Assembly: GCA_903813345.2 (NCBI GenBank)
Contig: CAIIXF020000001.1
Coordinates: 32,550,001 to 32,614,000, forward strand
Direction: 5' to 3'
From: Owenia fusiformis
Lineage: Eukaryota
Length of the DNA: 64,000 nt
Shown: positions 23,333 to 33,113 of the stretch, piece by piece
Position numbering within the stretch: the first letter of the stretch is position 1
Layout of the letters: the number at the start of each line of letters is the position of its first letter
Notes under the pieces: generated by a model
Database searches by the model: none
Seen by the model: the letters and a program-made list of their open reading frames with translations, nothing else
What the model was told of the DNA's origin: nothing
Program-made: the position numbers and the translations under genes

Positions 23333-24545
23333 ATTGAGAAGGTCATTGAAGGTCAAATGTCAAATGTAAAGTCAGATTTGAACTTCTGAGAACATGTAGA
23401 TGATTTTGAAAAAAAATTAAGTAAATTTGAAGCAAGTTGAAAAAAGACCTTTTTGACCTTGAAAAGGTCATTGAAGGTCAAATGTCAAATCTAAAGTCAG
23501 ATTTGAATTTCTGAGAACATGTAGATGATTTTGAAAAAAAGATTAGTCAATTTGAAGCAAGTTGAAAAAAGACCTTTTTGACCTTGAGAAGGTCATTGAA
23601 GGTCAAAGGTCAAATCTAAAGTCAGATTTGAACTTCTGAGAACTTGTAAAGTCAAATTTGAACTTCTGAAAAGATGTAGATGATTTTGAAAAAAAATTTG
23701 GTCAATTTGAAGCAAGTTGAAAACAGACCTTTTTGACCTTTTTTGACCTTGAGAAGGTCATTAAAGGTCAAATGTCAAATCTAAAGTCAGATTTGAATTT
23801 CTGAGAACATGTAGATGATTTTGAAAAAAAATTAGTCAATTTGAAGCAAGTTGAAAAAAGACCTTTTTGACCTTTTTTGACCTTGAGAAGGTCATTGAAG
23901 GTCAAATGTCAAATCTAAAGTCATATTTGAATTTCTGAGAACATGTAGATGATTTTGAAAAAAAAATTTAGTCAATTTGAAGCAAGATGAAAAAATACCT
24001 TTTTGACCTTTTTTGACATTGAGAAGGTCATTGAAGGTCAAATGTCAAATCTAAAGTCAGATTTGAATTTCTGAGAACATGTACATGATTTTGAAAAAAA
24101 AATTTAGTCAATTTGAAGCAAGTTGAAAAAAGACCTTTTTGACCTTTTTTGACTTTGAGAAGGTCATTGAAGGTCAAATGTCAAATCTTAAGTCAAATCA
24201 AAAGTCAGATTTGAATTTCTGAGAACACGTAGATGATTTTGAAAAAATTTTTTAGTCAATTTGAAGCAAGTTGAAAACAGACCTTTTTGACCTTTTTTGA
24301 CCTTGAGAAGGTCAAATGTCAAATCTAAAGTCAGATTTGAAGGTCAAATGTCAAATCTAAAGTCAAATCTAAAGTCAGATTTGAATTTCTGAGAACATGT
24401 AGATGATTTTGAAAAAAAATTTAGTCAATGTGAAGCCAGTTGAAAAAAGACCTTTTTGACCTTGAGAAGGTCATTGAAGGTCAAATGTCAAATCTAAAGT
24501 CAGATTTGAACTTCTGAGAACATGTAGATGATTTAGAAAACAATT
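23333..24545. repeat. Tandem satellite, ~120-131-bp unit, about 9-10 copies
   Basis: Repeated GAGAAGGTCATTGAAGGTCAAATGTCAAATCTAAAGTCAGATTTGAA..GAAGCAAGTTGAAAAAAGACCTTTTTGACCTT. Confidence 0.95.
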
Positions 24546-24731
24546 GAAGTCAGTCTAAACAGTATTTGTTAAGTTATAGGAAGTTGTATGGAATTGTTAC
24601 AGACGCCGGACGCCAACCTCCAACCACCAACCGCCGGACGCCGGACGCCGGACGCCAACCTCCAACCACCAACCGCCGTCGCAAAAAAACGGAGACCATA
24701 ACAATATGTCACCACTTTTGGTGGTGACATA

Positions 24732-24998
24732 ACAATGCAGTGAAATACAATACAATGCAGTGCAGTACAATACAATACAATACAATACAATGCAATTCAA
24801 TAATATGCTATGCTATTCAGTGCAGTACAATGCTATGCTATGCTTTGCTGCTATGCTATGTTTTGCTGCTATGCTATGCTATCCTGTGCTGTGCTGTGCT
24901 ATGCTATGCTATGCTATGCTATGCTATGCTATGCTATGCTATGCTATGCTATGCTATGCTATGCTATGCTATGCTATGCTATGCTATGTTATGCTATG
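24732..24998. repeat. Microsatellite (CAATA-type, then (ATGCT)n)
   Basis: Direct inspection; near-perfect ATGCT run ~24900-24998. Confidence 0.95.
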
Positions 24999-25735
24999 AA
25001 AAACAGACATGAGCTGACTTTATATCACCAATATCATGTTAAAATGAACTTTTGGAATTGTTGATGGTTCACTATCAAAGAATTAGATGGCATAACTAAA
25101 CCGAGTAAAATGGTTTGAGTACAACTTAAAGTTCGAATCAATTTGTATCCGATGTCCCTCATCTTGCCAAGTTTTAACCTTACTGCATTTCACACCAAAA
25201 TGATGGGATCTGTAAATATAGGATCCTCATTTCTCGTCGAGTACCTGTCTCTGAACGCTCAGTGCATCACCCTCGTGATTTTAGAACTATGTATTCATGG
25301 TTGTTGCCTAAAATACGCCAATGTTAATATGGTTCGTCAACGTCACAACAGCTCCAAGTCACACCTTCGTCAGCGTAAGATTGATCTTAGGTCAGCGTAA
25401 CAAAAGCGAGGGACTAAATATGTGAATTGCGTCTTCGTTAATATACCAAACATAGAACCGCCTGCATATTCTCAAACTAGACTATCTTCCTCAACTTTGA
25501 GCCAAATTATTGTCCACAACTTGACTGACAAGTGGTGTAAAATCGAGAAATAAAAATATCTTACCGAAAACGAATCCCGGAAGTTCTTCCATCTTGTTAC
25601 GCTGATGTCAGCGTAACCAGGTGAGTACCAGTGACCATGCAAGTTCCGACATGCATAACTTTTTGTTGCAAGGCAAGGCATTGTATTTCTAAATTATGTA
25701 CATTGATCAGAAAATTCCCAAATATAATACTGATC

Positions 25736-26127
25736 AAAGGACGATTCTCGGTTTGGAGAACAGTCTCCTGGGCTAATAATTTTTTCATGAAAAAATAGAA
25801 ATATTACCCAAATCAAACTATGAATATCCGAAAGAGGACATTTAAATCTACAAGATGTAAAAATAACAAATTGGTCTGAAGCAGGGATAAGGTTCAATTA
25901 GACCGATTCAATAAAATACAAGTCTCGATTTGGGGAAAGAAGTTCATCAGTGTACTGCGCTAATCTTTTTTTGCGAAAAATCTAGAAATATTACCCAAAT
26001 TAAATTATGATTATTCAAAAGAAGACATTCAAATCTATATTATGTAAAAAAATCTAATTTGTCCGAAGCAGGGATAATGCTCATTTAGATTGATGAACTT
26101 CGTTCTCCAAACCGAGAATCGTCCTTT
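25736..26127. mobile_element. MITE with 26-bp TIRs (AAAGGACGATTCTCGGTTTGGAGAAC)
   Basis: 25736-25761 is the reverse complement of 26102-26127; internal ~105-bp direct duplication. Confidence 0.7.
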
Positions 26128-26288
26128 CAGCCTTCATTAATAAAAAACTCTTGGTCTTATAACAATTAGTTCAGGACAACCCTTATATTTAAACACAATG
26201 GCTGAGTAAATGGCAAATGACGATAAACAAACATGAATATGACGCAACAATGTAAATTTTGAACATGAAAGCTGCTTAGGACCCTTAA

Positions 26289-26727
26289 GGTGTGAGGTTC
26301 TATATAGTCCATTTAAAAATTTGTAGTTTTGTTCAAAATAACGCCATAGTTGGCTTCTAGGGTACCTAGTATGTCACTATTTGGTATCAAAATAAAGAGG
26401 AGGAGTTCAACTTTCGTTTGAATTACGAAAATAGCGATGTAGGTCAAAATATTTCCGACGTGAGCATGTTTACTACGCGTCTGCCCGTCATCTCAGAATT
26501 GAGGAAATGGTAGCAAACACGAGTTACAATAAATGAACGCTGATATCTCAAAAAGTAACCCGACTTCCTATAATTTGATGTAGATCAATCGAACCCCTAT
26601 ATGAACAGGTACATTTTGATATATAACACTATGGGGGGTAAGCGTTTTATAGTTGATCACAAACGCCATATGTGCAAAGTATTGTTCTGAATTTTCGAAT
26701 TTGGTGTTGGATTACGGTACTCACATC
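26289..26727. mobile_element. TTAA-flanked Kolobok-like non-autonomous element; internal part repeated at 49322-49564
   Basis: TTAA|GGTGTGAG ... CTCACATC|TTAA; 26453-26692 is nearly identical to 49322-49564. Confidence 0.65.
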
Positions 26728-27216
26728 TTAATATGAGATAACTAGGTTAACATCGGGAAAAGATTGAGTACTATTAGTAAAGTAACTTCGTCTCCACATG
26801 ATGGTACTGTTTCATGAACGAAACTGATCATGTATTCCCAGTTTTCTGGATCCTTTTGGGAGCTGTGTCCTCCCCGCCTGTCATTTTGAAATAGCTGCGC
26901 AGTTTGTCAAACCGAGTGCCTAGTAGGCACGCAGCTTGACTACCGCATCGTGATATCACTCGATTGCAAATAAGTAAGCTGATAAATAAGCAAAAGCTAT
27001 ATGCATTAATTCTAATAAAAGTCTAATAATATACGCTTGTGATTCCTCGAATGTCCCACGCACGAACTCTGCTGTAAACATGGCCTCCAAACGACAGAAT
27101 GTACCAATTCAGGTTGCCAAATCAGCGGGATGGCAAAAAAGAACGATGCCATCACTGGGTTTTACAAATTGGGAATTAACCCTGACTTAGATCCAAAGAG
27201 GATTTGATCATTGAAG

Positions 27217-28719
27217 TCAGACTGGGAATTCTAGATCTTCTAAGCTTAAGTTCTTTTTTAATTCAACCAAATATTGACCCCTATCAACATATTCTTGTTG
27301 ACTCGGTTGTTTTGGATTTCCCACCATACGGCGTGCAGCAGAGGGACTGTCTTGGGGGAAATAATTCACTCTACGAGCTGTTTCGGGACTCGGCGGTGGA
27401 ATAAGTCGTTTGGGAGACGCATCTTCGGGACTCGCCAATCGCGGATGGGTCGCAATGGATTGTTCAGGAGGAGACACTGGCTTCTCCGGTTTGTGCACTG
27501 GTGCATTAGCTATGCGAACTATTTCAGGACTTCCAACTGGTGAAGTCATTTGCTCCTCGGGACTCGCCAAGGGAGGATTTTTGTAAAGCTCTCCCTGATT
27601 TATATTTGGGCTTTCTAACTTTGGGCCTCTTTGAATACGGCGTTTTGGACTCGATGAAGATGGCGATGTCATTTGATTCAGTGTTGATTGAAGATCTAGA
27701 TCAGAACTTGATATCTTTCTAGGTCTCATTGGTGATTTCTCAGGGCTCTTTACACGAGATGATACTGGTGAAGCGCGCATTGCAAGAGGAGCCGGGTCTA
27801 ATATCATTGCTTGTTGGGGCTTCGGTTTGACACTGATGTTTTGGGCCACCTTTGGACTTGGGGGTATATTTATCGGTATGGCTTTCTTTGGTGAGACTGG
27901 TGAAAGATTGTCGTAACTTTCAATTCGCTTCGTCACGTGTTTTCCGATATCACGTGATGGCGATGAAGGGTTAGAGGTATTTTGTGAAGCCTTTTCAATT
28001 TTTTTAGAAGGATAGAAAATTACAGGATCTGAAATTCCTTCTATTGTCATTTCTAAAGGAAAGCTATTCTCATAGCTATGTGCCCCCGTTGAGTACTTTG
28101 GCGGGGGGCTTGGGGCTTTCATTTGCCGTGGAGATTTCGCTGATTCGGATTTTTTCTTTCTTTTCTTCTTTACCACTTTTTTGTTCTTGCCTTTCTTCTT
28201 TGTTTCGTCGTGTGTAACATATGTATCCTTCTCCTGCGGAAGACTTGTATAGTGGTATGTTCCATTAGGTCTGTGTTTTGTCTTGGACTCGTGATTTCTA
28301 GACACATCAAAGCCCTCCAGTCTTGAATGATTTGATTTGTCCTTGATTTGTAACCGCTGTATTTCCTTCTTTGCTATATTTCGTCTCTCTATCTGAACCA
28401 CTATTAGTCTATAGAGCAGTAGTGAGATAACTAAACTGTTCTTGGCAGTGAAGAAAAAGTTAGTATAACTAACAACTTTGAACATAAATATGAGGATCAA
28501 CCTTAGGATAAGGAAAGGAGCATCCTGCATGACGATGGATATGATAATTCCGAACACATCGGGAGTGCAACAACGATCGTCATCTTTGCTGACACTTCGC
28601 GTAAGTACCCCGGATTGGTCCTTCCTAGCCCGGGTAGCTGTGAGGACGAGAGTGAACTGAAGTAGACTCCACGACCAGATACCAAGGATAACCATAGACA
28701 AGAGGCGATTGTGTTTTAC
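27217..28719 (-). CDS. TMEM26: TMEM26-family protein, last coding exon (final TM helices plus long disordered tail)
   Basis: Acceptor TTTTATTTTCATCAG|GTA, phase 0; VKHNRLLSMVILGIWSWSLLQF...QDAPFLILRL...FFTAKNSLVISLLLYR matches TMEM26 family motifs; stop at 27217-27219. Confidence 0.92.
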   Translation of the reverse strand, partial: VKHNRLLSMVILGIWSWSLLQFTLVLTATRARKDQSGVLTRSVSKDDDRCCTPDVFGIIISIVMQDAPFLILRLILIFMFKVVSYTNFFFTAKNSLVISLLLYRLIVVQIERRNIAKKEIQRLQIKDKSNHSRLEGFDVSRNHESKTKHRPNGTYHYTSLPQEKDTYVTHDETKKKGKNKKVVKKKRKKKSESAKSPRQMKAPSPPPKYSTGAHSYENSFPLEMTIEGISDPVIFYPSKKIEKASQNTSNPSSPSRDIGKHVTKRIESYDNLSPVSPKKAIPINIPPSPKVAQNISVKPKPQQAMILDPAPLAMRASPVSSRVKSPEKSPMRPRKISSSDLDLQSTLNQMTSPSSSSPKRRIQRGPKLESPNINQGELYKNPPLASPEEQMTSPVGSPEIVRIANAPVHKPEKPVSPPEQSIATHPRLASPEDASPKRLIPPPSPETARRVNYFPQDSPSAARRMVGNPKQPSQQEYVDRGQYLVELKKNLSLEDLEFPV

Positions 28720-28970
28720 CTGATGAAAATAAAAGTTTTTTCTTCATCGTAGTATATCTTAAAAAACAATCTGTTGTCGGATCTTCAAAAGTGACACAAT
28801 ATGTAGATGTAGATAGAACCAAGGTGTGATGTTTGCTTAATGCTTATTCCTATCTCTTATGCGTGGCCAAGGGTTTATTAGAATGGCAATTGCCCGTGAA
28901 ATAATTTGTTTATCACTTGGAAACAGAAATTGTTTATCAATATCATTTCAAAGAGTACAAACGGTGACTA

Positions 28971-29252
<282 letters not shown>

Positions 29253-30087
29253 TTACAAATCAGTAATGAAGCACGAAAAACATATAGAATATAAATAAAA
29301 TAAAGCAGTTCCGTTGGTTCATTTACCACCAAGCCACATTTACGTTGAAAACCATTTATTTTATTTTTTGAAATTGCACTTTTACAGCAGTGGCACACTA
29401 GTATTCTAAGTGCATCCAAGTAAAAGGCCATTAAATGGTTACATATATAGTTAAAAGGATTGGTATCGATATGGAGAACTGAATTCATGTTTTTCTCTTA
29501 AACCAATCATTGAAAACTTTCTGTAAAAAACACGGTATTTTATGTAATGTTGACTGATTGCCAACAATTTAATGCGAAAATTATTTTTGAATTTTTTATA
29601 TTTTTTAACTGTTTGTGTTAACATTTTTTTGTTTTTTAGTGCAATTGTTTTTGCTCCTTTCTACCAATTCTGGAGAATGAAATAAAATGTCTCTCCGAAC
29701 CTTGTTGGAACAAAATAGCATATACAACATGTTTTTAGACCTCTCAATATTATAGTTATACAAAGGAATGTTTGGTTGATTTTAAAAAAGTATTCAAGAA
29801 ATTAAAACAAAATCCCCCAAAACAGATAAAAATCAAGATAACCCTTTTATTTTATTAACAAGATACCTTTTTAAAATCAACCAAAATTTCCTTTGTACAA
29901 TTACAATATTGAGAGACCTAAAAATGTTGTGTTTATGTCGTTTTGTTCCAATGCGGTTCGGAAAGATGTTTCATTTCACTCTGGAAACATGATACCAAGA
30001 ACAAAACAAGTGTTTGATGTGTTTTCTAAAACAATATAGATGAAAGTATATATACTGTATATATCGTATATCAAATATATAAAATAT

Positions 30088-30553
30088 ATATCAAACGTCA
30101 AAGCAGAAACTTGAAAAGAATCATAACTTCTTCTGCTTTCAAATCTAATAAAGAGGATATAACTGTGACAAAATGTGAAAAACCAAGATGTGGTTGCTGT
30201 GTTCATATTTCTAATGGTATTAAATACAATGGCAAAACATTCAACGCCAAGGTATCAATGAATTGTGAATCAAGAAACGTATTATATGCCATGAAATGTG
30301 TTGGATGTAACGAGATTTACATTGGACAAACGGGCGACAAACTTCGGAACAGGGTCCGGGTCCATAAGCAACAAATTCGTGACCCTACTGTCCGTATGTT
30401 GCCAGTAAGCGAGCATATTGATAATTGTGCTGCTGGACATGAACCAAAATTCACAATTATGCCTTTTTTAAATTTCACGAAGACGATATCGAACAAAGAA
30501 TCGCCATGGAAAATCATTTTATTAACATTTTTCAACCCAAACTAAACAAATAA
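30088..30553 (+). pseudogene. Penelope-like element C-terminal fragment: Cys-rich linker plus GIY-YIG endonuclease (one frameshift)
   Basis: KRQSRNLKRII..CEKPRCGCC..NCESRNVLYAMKCVGCNEIYIGQT..RNRVRVH..VSEH; alternate frame continues ..RIAMENHFINIFQPKLNK* (stop 30551-30553). Confidence 0.88.
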
Positions 30554-30646
30554 ATTGTTTATTGGTTACTATACATGTAACGGTAAATTGTACGTGATGG
30601 ATAAATACTAGCTACTGACAATAATAAATTGTATTAATATTACGTC

Positions 30647-31014
30647 GTATTTCATACCTACTGAGGTTCTAGGTACATAACGAGCGGGAATATATAGTGT
30701 ATCTAGGGACCGGGATGGATATACGCTGTATCCATCCCGGTCCCGCTCCTATTTTTTTTTTCAAATTTTTTCTCAAATTTTTTTTTCACAATTTTTTTCA
30801 AAATATTTTTTCAATTTTTTTCAGAATTTTTGTCATTTTTTCCCCATTTTTTCGACTTTAAGACCACGAAAACGCCTAGTACCTTAAGTATGTTTTGGAA
30901 TTTTGGATCTTTATAAAGTATGATGTACCTAGAACCTCAGTAGGTATGAAATACATCTGTTATGTACGGTCGGTTTTGGATACAGGGTTTATCCAAAACC
31001 TCCCAGTACATAAC
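30647..31014. mobile_element. Small multi-hairpin element (32-bp inverted repeat pair plus two hairpins)
   Basis: GTATTTCATACCTACTGAGGTTCTAGGTACAT (30647-30678) inverted at 30923-30954; hairpins at 30706-30744 and 30959-31014; interrupts an ~87-bp tandem unit downstream of the Penelope ORF. Confidence 0.6.
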
Positions 31015-31239
31015 CCTTATATATACCTTTTTACCTGTATATTTTTAAACCAAAAATAAACAAATAAATTGTTTATTGGTTACTATATAAGCGAATTATA
31101 TTATATTAGGTCATACTTACCTGTATATATCATAAACCAAAAATAAACAAATAAATTGTTTATTGGTTTCCATGACGATTAATTAATTATATTAATATTA
31201 CGTCATACTAACCTGTATACCTCTTGTTCTCATTTTTGA

Positions 31240-31277
31240 AAAATCTACTGAGGAATAAAGAAACATGTTTAGATTTT
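31240..31277 (+). ncRNA. Minimal type I hammerhead ribozyme-like motif (Penelope-associated)
   Basis: AAAATCTA-CTGAGGA-ATAAA-GAAA-CATG-T-T-TAGATTTT: 8-bp stem I, CUGANGA and GAAA cores, no stem II, palindromic ACATGT stem III, GUU cleavage triplet. Confidence 0.7.
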
Positions 31278-31315
31278 CAAACGTATTTTATTAGTTCTTC
31301 TTATTTTTACTTATA

Positions 31316-31926
31316 CAGGGTGTCAAATAAGTCCCGTCCCCCCCCCTCTACAGCCAAAACCAAGATATTTGGTACCAAGTGTGATATATCATTGGAAAGG
31401 TCTTCCAAAGTTACGTTGATTAGCATATATCTGACACACGTCAATCAATCTCACAAATTTTTACATTGTATCAATTGAGGTGACCATATGCCTAGAAACA
31501 TGGCAATTTGGCGTATTTGGCAGGATTTTAAGAATCGGGTATAAGGAAGGTCAAGGGACCAAAAGATGACTAAATATGGTTATGGCGATGAATTTAACAA
31601 ATTTCTAGATGGGTTAGATGTGTAGAAAATAGAGATGCAAAGAAAGTGCTGAAAACCTTTATGTAACAAGTGGAATGCGAAAAAGATTAACTTTTTGACG
31701 TATTTCTGAGGTCATATCCTTGTCATTTTGACGCAAAAAGCTACTCAAAGGAGGGCACGTTAACTATAAAAGACATCATAAAAATATAGGTAAATTTCAT
31801 CCAAAATACTTGAGAGTTGGTGAGTTAACATAATTTTGGACGATCTTTCCAATGGTATATCACACTACGTACCGTCTGTTAAGGTTTTAGCTGTAGCAGG
31901 GGGGACGGGACTTATTTGACACCCTG
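31316..31926. mobile_element. Tc1/mariner-type MITE, TA TSD
   Basis: TA|CAGGGTGTCAAATAAGTCCCGTCCCCC ... GGGGGACGGGACTTATTTGACACCCTG|TA. Confidence 0.88.
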
Positions 31927-32298
31927 TATAGTACTATATATTTCAAATTATATTGTTACCATTCAAAGGATGACCATTAAATTGACGATGTGTTAAATTT
32001 TTAGATTTTTTATGTTCAAAAAGTTCTCCATATCGACACCACTCCTTTATGACGGTAAATCTGCTTTAAAAACTGCTTTGACACAATCATGTCTACCAAA
32101 CATTGCTGGAATCTCTCAAAATACAAACAATTTTCTGTTCAATTGGTATAGCGTAAAACAGTATACATGTGTTTGAATCTATATGATTGAGTTATAAAAT
32201 AGTATATGTATGCGGTTATCATTAAAATTGGGACATATTAAGAGTCATTGTATCACATCTTCTATATATATACGCTATTCAAGTCACAGTATTTAGAG

Positions 32299-32925
32299 GT
32301 TATGTCCCTATCGTGGCATATATGCCCGAGGTCTCAGTGATATATGGCCCGACCTTGGGAGGGACATTGATCTCTGAGAACCGAGGACATATGCGCCACG
32401 ATAGTGACATAAACGATTTATAACATACCTATGATAATGTAGACTGGTCAGAGAGTACCGTTTTCTTATAGAATTGACAAACAAATAGTTTGAAAATGAT
32501 TGAAATGAGTTTAGAAAAATTGCTCGCGCAGTTTTATCTTCGATTGATTGGTTATGACGTCAGCGCCTTGACCAATCAGAAAGTTAGCGGGCGCGGGCTT
32601 TTCAAAACTTATATTGGCCCGCTGTCTTGTGTACACTTTGCACTATACATCATCATAGGTATGTTAAAATATAAGTTATTGAATGATATGAAGTGCAATA
32701 CAGGATATATTCTGTTCGAGAAATTTTGTATTGGAACGAGACGAAGTCGAGTGTCAATACAGAATATCGAGACAGAATAGTTCCTGTATTGCACTTCAAA
32801 TCATTCAATAATGGTTTTACCGTGTGGTCCTCTGTATTGCTACTGAGATTGTCCCCTCCGTACCAATATATTCTGTATTGCGACGGAGATGATCAACGGA
32901 GACAACCTCAGTAGCAATACAGATT
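32299..32925. mobile_element. Multi-hairpin element (Crypton-like palindromic ends, tentative)
   Basis: Long imperfect hairpins at 32299-32413, 32676-32811 and 32833-32922, with an inverted CATACCTATGAT pair between; related hairpin at 46002-46146. Confidence 0.5.
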
Positions 32926-33113
32926 GGTACAGCACAAGAACTGACCAATCAGAGGGCTTCATCTTACAGATCATACGATAAGTGCATTTATCGTCCAGTG
33001 GATCATTGCTCAGATTTCTCCATATACAGGTTTTAGATCTTAATTTGAATCTAGCACTTCTTGCAAGTAATTTATATTTGCATCCTAGGAAGTCACCCGA
33101 GGGCGTTTGAAGG

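Larger units (their letters stand above)
21584..24731. mobile_element. Helentron-associated (HINE/DINE-1-like) non-autonomous element carrying a satellite array
   Basis: Starts ACAAGGC..ATGTCACCAC (21605-21614); central 120-130-bp tandem array; short GACGCCG/CCAACC repeats (24601-24680); terminal 11-bp-stem hairpin TATGTCACCAC-TTTTG-GTGGTGACATA (24705-24731) sharing the subterminal motif; no TSD. Confidence 0.75.
9652..25464 (-). mobile_element. Tc1/mariner (possibly pogo-like) element shell with ~74-bp TIRs, split by the Gypsy and Helentron-like insertions
   Basis: 9652-9725 vs rc 25391-25464 ~69/74 identical (CA(G/T)GCGGTT.TATGTTTGGTATATTAACGAAGACGC...); left flank TA, right flank CA; shared subterminal ACG(C/T)TGACGAA motifs; decayed HTH-like peptide (..QVLDEK*GSYIYRSHHFGVKCSKVKTWQD..) on minus strand ~25150-25298. 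Confidence 0.65.
9260..26952. mobile_element. Putative Transib/RAG-transposon-like non-autonomous shell (45-bp TIRs starting CACG(G/A)TG, 5-bp TSD) expanded by nested insertions
   Basis: 9260-9304 vs rc of 26908-26952: 37/45 identical by hand count; ATATC directly precedes (9255-9259) and follows (26953-26957). Confidence 0.6.
29454..32048. mobile_element. AAAGG...CCTTT-ended (Kolobok/Crypton-type termini) non-autonomous element, copy 1, carrying ~1.9 kb of nested insertions
   Basis: TIR AAAGGA(T/G)TGGT(A/G)TCGATATGGAGAACT at both ends; body matches 53032-54359 in reverse orientation, which lacks ~30055-31930; internal ~110-bp inverted repeat 29690-29966. Confidence 0.75.

Noticed and set aside
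23333..24545. Regular repeats as a CRISPR array
   Set aside because: Whole units repeat with no unique spacers; eukaryotic context and no cas genes. The same applies to 57600-58790.
24569..25064. ORFs with (CYAML)n and GGWRL repeats
   Set aside because: Artefacts of the (ATGCT)n microsatellite and element microrepeats.
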